From the NCBI GenBank assembly GCA_035400625.1, contig DAOMZT010000001.1, forward strand, positions 28,866 through 92,865: a stretch of DNA of 64,000 nucleotides, in the 5' to 3' direction. Source of the stretch: an archaeon. Its GTDB lineage: Archaea; Iainarchaeota; Iainarchaeia; Iainarchaeales; CSSED10-239. The notes beneath the pieces were generated by a model. The model saw nothing but the letters and a program-made list of their open reading frames with translations. It had not been told where the DNA came from and searched no databases. This document shows, in pieces, positions 57,839-64,000 of the stretch. A program made the translations under genes and the position numbers. The stretch's first letter is position 1, and each line of letters begins with the position of its first letter.

Positions 57839-59362
57839 TTATTTTATTTTTGAAAATTTTGTTTTACCACAATAAAGCTTCTCAAGAAGCTTGCCTATAG
57901 ATTTTATTGGGACTCTCTTTTGCTCTTGGCTATCTCTGTCTCTTATTGTTACTGTTTGTTTTTCTAAGGTTTCGTGATCTATTGTTAAACAATAATTACA
58001 ACCAATCTCATCAAGGCGTGCATATCTCTTACCAATTGAACCAGTTTCATCATAAAAGACATCATATTTTTTGGACTCTTCTTTTAATGTCAAAAAGATT
58101 TCTGTTGCTTTCTCTGAAAGGCCATCTTTTTTCATTAATGGCAAGATTGCTACAAAGTAAGGAGCAACTTTTGGATTAAGATGCAGGAAGTTTCTTTCCT
58201 CTCGGTTAATTTCTTTTATCTTGAAATTATTTTCTAACAAAAGATAAAAAAGACGCCCAAGGCCAATTGAACAAATCTCCAAGACATGAGGTTGTATTCT
58301 TTTGCCTTCTTCAGATACAGAAAGGTCTTTCTTTGAGCCTTTACTATGTGCTAAAAGATCATAATCTGTCCTGTAGTTAATACAAAATAATTCCACCCAC
58401 TCGTTTTCTGATTTGATCTCACAATCAAAAGTTTGTTTGGAATAAAAGGAACGATCATTTTCAGGAACTTCCCTAAACCTGATGTTTGAGTGGGAAAAGC
58501 CAAGATCTTCTAAAAATTTCTGAGTAATGTAAAGAGCATAAGTTATTAGATTGCCTGTTGTTATTTTCTTTTCTGTAATTTTTGCAATATTATAGTCTTT
58601 TTCTTCCTTGTCTTTTAATAATTTAAATCTAATCTTGTATTTGCTTATTGTTTCAAGAGATATTGGAGTTTCATTAATCTTGTCTGGATCAAAAAACATT
58701 TCTGTTTCTAATTGCTCAAACTCTCTGGATCTTAATAAGCCGTTTCTTGGAGAAATCTCGTTTCTGTAAACTACTCCGTGCTGAGAGATAGTTATTGGTA
58801 GAGATTGCCTAGAAGTTTTATATAATCTTAAAAAATCTAAAAATATAGATTGACAGCTTTCGCCTCTAAGATAACCAATATTTCCAGCTGTTGTTCCAAC
58901 ATTAATGCATGACATTAGGTTGAATCTCTTTATGTCTGTTAGCTTGCCTTTACATTTTGTACAAACAACCTTGTTATTATCAATTAATTTTTGATATTCC
59001 GCAATAGAAAGATTTTCAGCAACCTCTGTTTTTGTAATTTCAGAGATTAATCTGTCTAAGCGATATACTTGCTTACAACTCTCACAAGTAGCTATCGGGT
59101 CATCAAAGTTACCAAGATGTCCTGAAGCCACAAACACATCTTTTGGAAGAATAATTGACCCAAAGATTTCTAAGAAATTGTTCTTTCTTACAAACTCCTC
59201 TCTCCAAAAATTAATAAGATTAATTCGAATTCTGTTGCCGATTGGCCCATACTCATAAAAACCAGCAAAGTTATTAGCATAAATCTCAGCAGAAGGAAAG
59301 TAAAGAGATCTTGTAGCACAAAATTCATTAAATTTTTCTAAGCGAGTAGCCATGTTTTTCAC
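57839..59362 (-). CDS. glyS: glycyl-tRNA synthetase (archaeal/eukaryotic-type alpha2)
   Basis: N-terminal RSLYFPSAEIYANNFAGFYEYGPIG and class-II motifs with a C-terminal anticodon-binding domain. Confidence 0.85.
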   Translation of the reverse strand: MKNMATRLEKFNEFCATRSLYFPSAEIYANNFAGFYEYGPIGNRIRINLINFWREEFVRKNNFLEIFGSIILPKDVFVASGHLGNFDDPIATCESCKQVYRLDRLISEITKTEVAENLSIAEYQKLIDNNKVVCTKCKGKLTDIKRFNLMSCINVGTTAGNIGYLRGESCQSIFLDFLRLYKTSRQSLPITISQHGVVYRNEISPRNGLLRSREFEQLETEMFFDPDKINETPISLETISKYKIRFKLLKDKEEKDYNIAKITEKKITTGNLITYALYITQKFLEDLGFSHSNIRFREVPENDRSFYSKQTFDCEIKSENEWVELFCINYRTDYDLLAHSKGSKKDLSVSEEGKRIQPHVLEICSIGLGRLFYLLLENNFKIKEINREERNFLHLNPKVAPYFVAILPLMKKDGLSEKATEIFLTLKEESKKYDVFYDETGSIGKRYARLDEIGCNYCLTIDHETLEKQTVTIRDRDSQEQKRVPIKSIGKLLEKLYCGKTKFSKIK

Positions 59363-59454
59363 TATTTCATATTATAAACATTTTGTTTTCTATTATATTA
59401 TATAGTAATAGAATAAAAACATATTTAAAAATGGCTTTTTTCTATTCCTTGTTG

Positions 59455-59537
59455 TGCAGGGGTTCCCGAGCGGTCAAAGGGGCACGGCTTAGGACCGTGT
59501 GCTTAGTGCTTCGCAGGTTCAAATCCTGCCCTCTGCA
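59455..59537 (+). tRNA. tRNA-Leu (anticodon TAG), class II with long variable arm
   Basis: Acceptor GCAGGGG/CCCTCTGC region, anticodon stem CACGG/CCGTG, loop CTTAGGA, 13-nt variable arm, T-arm GCAGG-TTCAAAT-CCTGC. TATA-like CATATTTAAAAAT about 30 nt upstream. Positions 8-9 are unusual (GT), so the exact 5' boundary is uncertain. Confidence 0.65.
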
Positions 59538-59557
59538 CTTTTTTTAAAAAACTAGTT

Positions 59558-60163
59558 TTAATTGTGGCTTTCTTTTACTCTTTTCATTTTCTCAAAAAAA
59601 ACATCTATCCCTTTTGAATTTTCAAGTCTTAACTTTGAGAATTTGCTTTTAATAGCCTGATATTCCTTAAGGGAATTTTCAATAGTTGCCAATATTTTTC
59701 CTCTTTGCTTTGCAGATAATTTTTTGAGATTTTGGCCTTCATATTCTAAAACTCTTTTATATAAAGAATGAAGTTTATTGCCAACCGCTCTTTCAACAAA
59801 ATTTTGTGCTGTTATTGTGCTTTTTCTGAATTTTTCAAGAGCTTCTTCAAATTGCAAAACTGATTTGTTTGGTTTCTTGCCAGCCTTTATCTTAGAAATA
59901 TAATCTAATTCTGCATTGGCAATTGCTTCATATTTTTGTAACCTGCCATAATTTCTACTTACCTCTGAGAATTTGCCTTCAAGTAAAGATGTACCTAATT
60001 TCATTTTCTGTAATTGTATTTTCCAATCTCGTAAATTATTTGCACCTTTAGTTAATCTAGCTTTCACACTTTCAGGAATTGCCGGCTTCTTTACTCTTGT
60101 TGGTTTTTTCTTTGTTTGTGTTTTCTCTATTGTCTTTCGCCTAATTCCTGCAAATTTTGGCAT
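59558..60163 (-). CDS. hypothetical basic coiled-coil protein (201 aa)
   Basis: K/R/P-rich N-terminal tail similar in style to 45565-46314. Confidence 0.4.
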   Translation of the reverse strand: MPKFAGIRRKTIEKTQTKKKPTRVKKPAIPESVKARLTKGANNLRDWKIQLQKMKLGTSLLEGKFSEVSRNYGRLQKYEAIANAELDYISKIKAGKKPNKSVLQFEEALEKFRKSTITAQNFVERAVGNKLHSLYKRVLEYEGQNLKKLSAKQRGKILATIENSLKEYQAIKSKFSKLRLENSKGIDVFFEKMKRVKESHN

Positions 60164-60238
60164 AATATTTTACCTCTTAATTTATATTAACAATAATAAA
60201 ATAACTATATATAAAACTATCATTTCAAAACTTTTTGA

Positions 60239-60865
60239 TTATTTGAAAATTGTGCCTGTCTCTATATACCAGAGATAAAGATCAAGCTCACCAAGAGCAA
60301 GGTTGGTTTTTTTTGCAAGAGCCTCTAATTTTTTCTCAATTTTAAGGTAGTTTTCTTTATTCAGGGTTTTTGGCCTTTCTATCAGATTATTTTCTGCCAA
60401 AATATCAATGATGTGAAAATCAATAATCGCATAATCAAAAAAACCTATGTTTCTTAAGAAATGACTAGACTCCTTAAAGCCCAGGCCTTTAATGTTCTTT
60501 ACAAGCCACTCTCTTCTTTCATACCTATCTTTTATTAAGAATATTTTGTCTTTAATGTTGTCTTTATGTTCTTGTGCCAAAAAAATAAAATGAGCCCTTG
60601 TGTTTGGGAACCTGTGGCCGTGTTTTTTAAGAAGGGCAGAAAGTTCCTTTTCTGTGGCTGTCAAGAACAAATCACCACAGCTCTCTTGAATCTCAACAGC
60701 CCTTTTAGCATTAAAGTTAGCAGTCATCAAACAAAAACAAAGCTCCTTAAAGACCTCATGATTGCTTTTCTTTTGAAAAGATAAAAACTGCTTTTTCTTT
60801 TTCCCTATGTCTTTTCCTAAAGATGAGGACTTTAGAGTATTTATTTTAGAGAGAAGGGAATGCAT
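60239..60865 (-). CDS. ogg: archaeal-type 8-oxoguanine DNA glycosylase/AP lyase (Ogg2-like, HhH-GPD)
   Basis: HhH with catalytic Lys (IKGLGFKESSHFLRNIG) and Asp (IIDFHIIDIL). Confidence 0.7.
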   Translation of the reverse strand: MHSLLSKINTLKSSSLGKDIGKKKKQFLSFQKKSNHEVFKELCFCLMTANFNAKRAVEIQESCGDLFLTATEKELSALLKKHGHRFPNTRAHFIFLAQEHKDNIKDKIFLIKDRYERREWLVKNIKGLGFKESSHFLRNIGFFDYAIIDFHIIDILAENNLIERPKTLNKENYLKIEKKLEALAKKTNLALGELDLYLWYIETGTIFK

Positions 60866-60901
60866 GCTTGTCCAAGAATTAGTGTTTTTAGAGAAAGGAA
60901 A

Positions 60902-61282
60902 TCATTGTGATTTCCAAACTCCGTGTAGATTACAATGACACCTAGCACTTACCTTATAGCCACTTGCCTTAAACTCAGCTACTGGTTCATCGCCGATATT
61001 TAGTTTTTTAACATATACTGCTCCATCAATATTAACTTCGATCCATTTGATGTGGTGCTCTTCAGTCATTGGGTGAGTTATCTCTCCAACTCTAACAATA
61101 ATTGCGTCTCTTGTTTTTTCAATTACTGGAACGTGTTTTTCTTTTAGTTGATCTTCACTAGTATTTTCGTGATGAAGGTCCATGTTTTGCCCACAGCACA
61201 CAAGTGTTCCGCCACCTGCATCAATTACCTCTACAACATTTCCACAGATTGTACATCTGTATATTTCTCCTTTCTTTACCAT
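60902..61282 (-). CDS. dfx: desulfoferrodoxin (2Fe superoxide reductase)
   Basis: N-terminal desulforedoxin CxxC...CC (YRCTICGNVVEV...LVCCGQNM) plus C-terminal SOR domain with H...C...H. Confidence 0.85.
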   Translation of the reverse strand: MVKKGEIYRCTICGNVVEVIDAGGGTLVCCGQNMDLHHENTSEDQLKEKHVPVIEKTRDAIIVRVGEITHPMTEEHHIKWIEVNIDGAVYVKKLNIGDEPVAEFKASGYKVSARCHCNLHGVWKSQ

Positions 61283-61296
61283 ATTTTATACCCCCT

Positions 61297-61881
61297 TTAA
61301 TAATTTTCATCTTGAACTTTAAAATAATTTGTTTCATGCCCACAAGATGGACAGATCTTTGGTGGCTCTTTGCCTTTGTGCACATATCCACATTTCATAC
61401 AAAGCCACACTACCTCTTTGTCTTTTTTGAACAGTTTATTTTCATTTAAATTTTTAAGTAATTTCTTGTATCTTTCCTCATGATGTTTTTCTGCAATTGC
61501 AATCGCTCTGAGTTTTTTTGCAATTTCTATCAGGCCTTCTTTTTTTGCAATATCTGCAAACTCTGGATACATCTTAGTATATTCGTGGTTTTCTCCAGCA
61601 ATTGCTGCTTTTAAATGATCTTTTGTATTCCCATAAACTGTTGGAACATCTGTTTCAATAATAATCTCTGTATTTATATTGTACTTCTTCTTTAATTCCT
61701 TAATTAAAACAAATAATTGCTTAGCATGTTCTCTTTCCTGTTCTGCGGTCTCTAGAAAAACATCAGATATCTGATTAAATCCTTCTTTTAAAGCAACCTT
61801 TGCATAAAAAGTATATCTGTTTCTAGCCTGGCATTCTCCAACATATGCTTTTGCTAAATTCTCAATTGTCTTTATTTCCAT
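61297..61881 (-). CDS. rbr: rubrerythrin
   Basis: Ferritin-like diiron ExxH motifs (EQEREHAKQ; EKHHEERY) and a C-terminal rubredoxin-like CxxC...CxxC. Confidence 0.9.
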   Translation of the reverse strand: MEIKTIENLAKAYVGECQARNRYTFYAKVALKEGFNQISDVFLETAEQEREHAKQLFVLIKELKKKYNINTEIIIETDVPTVYGNTKDHLKAAIAGENHEYTKMYPEFADIAKKEGLIEIAKKLRAIAIAEKHHEERYKKLLKNLNENKLFKKDKEVVWLCMKCGYVHKGKEPPKICPSCGHETNYFKVQDENY

Positions 61882-61974
61882 AAAATAAACCCCCTAAAAT
61901 ATCGCTTACCTGTAAATATATATAAAAGCATAAATATTAAATATATTGTTATAATATATTTATTGTAAAAACAT

Positions 61975-62811
61975 GTGAAAAATATGACAGATAAAATAAT
62001 AGAAGCACTAAGCCAAATAAAATTCAAAGCAACAAACATTTATGAATCCTTTACTTGTCCACTACACCGCACAACCAAAACACAAAGAGTACCAACACTA
62101 AAAACATTAAAGGCAAACATTGATGAACTAACCAGATTATTAAATGGCCTTTTAGGTTATTCTGCTATACAGTTTAATAAAGAAATAGAGCCAGAAAAAA
62201 TAAGACTGTTCCAAAACAAGTTTATGGAAATTTCAGGTAAATTACAACAATCTATTTTCTTAGAAGAACACACAACAATTGTAGAAAACAATCTAGTAAA
62301 TATCAAAAATGAAATTGCAACACCTGAAAAATATTTTGGAATCGAACAATCTGTGAAAAACAATATAAATAATTTAATTATCTTTATTGATTATGCAAAG
62401 AAACAAATAGATCACAAATATGTTAGCCTAGCAAATCAAAAAAAATCAGTAGAAGAATTATTAAAAACACTTGAAAGAAAAGAACAAACAATTCTTGAAC
62501 TTAATAAAAAGATCGATGAACTTAACTGGATTGATGCAAAGGAAAAAGCAAAAGATTCTAGGCTTGCCAATCTAGAAGAAGAATTACTTAAATCCCATAA
62601 AGCAAACGAACAGGATCTTACTATTTTAAAATTACATATTATACAAATTGAAAAAGCACTAGATAATATTTTAAGAGAATCAAAATCATTAACTCAAGAT
62701 ATAAATCATCTAGAAGCAAAAAACATGCAAAAAGAACAAGCATCATTAGAGCTGATTAAAGAATTAAAAAAAGAATTGATTGCTGCAAAATATAATTTAA
62801 GAAATAAGTGA
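61975..62811 (+). CDS. hypothetical coiled-coil protein (278 aa)
   Basis: Long heptad-rich ORF. No family assigned. Confidence 0.4.
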   Translation: MKNMTDKIIEALSQIKFKATNIYESFTCPLHRTTKTQRVPTLKTLKANIDELTRLLNGLLGYSAIQFNKEIEPEKIRLFQNKFMEISGKLQQSIFLEEHTTIVENNLVNIKNEIATPEKYFGIEQSVKNNINNLIIFIDYAKKQIDHKYVSLANQKKSVEELLKTLERKEQTILELNKKIDELNWIDAKEKAKDSRLANLEEELLKSHKANEQDLTILKLHIIQIEKALDNILRESKSLTQDINHLEAKNMQKEQASLELIKELKKELIAAKYNLRNK

Positions 62812-62817
62812 TAAATA

Positions 62818-64000
62818 ATGTCAGAATTTGACCCTTTTGGAGGGTATTCACCTCAAGGAAATGAAAAACCAAAATCTAATTTTAAATTGGATAAAAAAAC
62901 AACGGAATTGATTAAGAAAGTAATTATTTTAATTGTAGTCCTAGGTGTTGTTGGCGGAATTGTTTATTATTTCTTTTTTAATAACATTACAATTTATTTT
63001 TCAGTAATAGATACCGAAGGAAAAAGTTTAAATTCTGCAGAAATAAAAATCTCAACAGGGAAACAAAATAAATCAGTCATATATTCTCCAGGAGATGACA
63101 TAAAATTAAATAAAAATAAAAAATACAAATATTCTATAAATCAAAAAGGGTATAAATTAATTAATGACCAATTGAACCCAAAAGACATAGAAAACACCAA
63201 TATAACTATTAAATTAGAAAAAAACATAAGGCTAGATGTCCTTTCTTTTATTTGCCCAGATGAGGTGTTTGTTGGGCAAACCGTTAAATGTGAATTACAA
63301 TTAAATAATATTAGTGAAAATGAAGACTATAATCTAGAAAATTTAATTTTTGAATACAACCAGCAAAATAAATGGATTGATTTAAATGATGATTCTCTAA
63401 GATTTGTAGATGGGTTTAATCAAGACATTCCAATTTCAAAAACAATTGGGCGAAAAACAAAAGACACAGTTTTTGTTTTGTTTAGGTTGCCTGAAAATTT
63501 TAGTGTCGGAACTACAAAAAAAATAATGGCAAGAGTCAAGTATACAGACAATAAAAAGAGTTGTGATATAAAAATATCTCAACCACCAAATATTACCTTT
63601 TCCTCAGAACTGAGTGGTTCTTTAGCCCTTGAAAGCGGAAATGAAATCACTAAAACTTATACGATTGATAATACTAAAAATAAAACAGACATATCCGGAT
63701 TAGAACTAGAAATAGATGCAAATTATGAGCCCTCAACTGGTGAACCACCTTCTAATTTCAATGTTAATGACATTTTTATAACAGATTATACATCGCTAAG
63801 TGTCAATGCATCCTCGCGTTCAGTGGGGCAAATTTCAATTAAGTTACCTGCTAATTTAAGAGCAGGAAAAATTAACGGAACATTAACATTAAACAGCCCA
63901 ATTTTTTCTGACCCAAAAAAAGTTTCATTTATCATTAATGTAAAAGAACCAGAAAATAAATTTACAATTAGCTTAACAAAAAATTCAGAAACATTAACAT
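62818..64000 (+). CDS. membrane-anchored large extracellular protein, 5' partial (runs off window end)
   Basis: ATG at 62818, TM helix VIILIVVLGVVGGIVYYFFF, then beta-rich Asn/Thr/Ser-rich ectodomain. Open to position 64000. Confidence 0.5.
   Translation, partial: MSEFDPFGGYSPQGNEKPKSNFKLDKKTTELIKKVIILIVVLGVVGGIVYYFFFNNITIYFSVIDTEGKSLNSAEIKISTGKQNKSVIYSPGDDIKLNKNKKYKYSINQKGYKLINDQLNPKDIENTNITIKLEKNIRLDVLSFICPDEVFVGQTVKCELQLNNISENEDYNLENLIFEYNQQNKWIDLNDDSLRFVDGFNQDIPISKTIGRKTKDTVFVLFRLPENFSVGTTKKIMARVKYTDNKKSCDIKISQPPNITFSSELSGSLALESGNEITKTYTIDNTKNKTDISGLELEIDANYEPSTGEPPSNFNVNDIFITDYTSLSVNASSRSVGQISIKLPANLRAGKINGTLTLNSPIFSDPKKVSFIINVKEPENKFTISLTKNSETLT

Noticed and set aside
1-64000. CRISPR arrays, rRNA genes, IS transposases
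   Set aside because: No regularly spaced direct repeats, no rRNA-like GC-rich blocks and no transposase-like ORFs were seen on either strand.

Overview
This is a very AT-rich (roughly 30% GC by eye), gene-dense archaeal chromosome segment. It is most consistent with a small-genome DPANN-type archaeon (Woese-/Pacearchaeota-like). The archaeal assignment rests on GatD/GatE next to a tRNA-Gln, TFB, and ribosomal proteins L15e, L44e and L35Ae. It is also supported by Alba, Nop5 plus fibrillarin, archaeal-type TrpRS and GlyRS, an intron-containing tRNA-Trp and TATA boxes about 25 nt upstream of leaderless starts.

I call about 75 protein genes and five tRNAs: Gln-CTG, Trp-CCA with a 95-nt intron, Val-GAC, Thr-CGT and Leu-TAG. 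The housekeeping genes include trpS, gatDE, glyS, tldD/pmbA, nth, rnhB, trxB, a cysteine desulfurase, htpX, a PPIase, a CaCA exchanger and a CNNM/CorC transporter. A Dfx-rubrerythrin-Ogg oxidative-damage trio sits near the 3' end. A roughly 10.5-kb, especially AT-rich surface-glycan island spans 15138-25670. It carries Gmd, Fcl and GalE for GDP-fucose, two GT4 and one TagA-like glycosyltransferase, two methyltransferases, a Wzx-like flippase and GtrA proteins.

The most unusual content is listed below:
1. A tightly coupled three-gene cassette (29846-31640): an RHH antitoxin, a RelE/ParE-like toxin with a 70-aa C-terminal extension, and a 361-aa protein with NurA-like D-E-D 'DGS' nuclease motifs. 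It is a candidate undescribed defence or toxin module.
2. A FtsK/HerA-superfamily ATPase whose Walker-A P-loop is interrupted by a 403-aa LAGLIDADG intein.
3. A clearly homologous but catalytically degenerate paralogue of that ATPase 4.4 kb away.
4. A 486-aa protein whose N-terminus closely matches the family-B DNA polymerase N-terminal domain, but which lacks the polymerase module and has a degenerate Exo I motif.
5. A 19/20-nt GC-rich inverted-repeat pair bracketing a 4.9-kb segment that contains tRNA-Trp.

No CRISPR array, rRNA or obvious transposase was seen.
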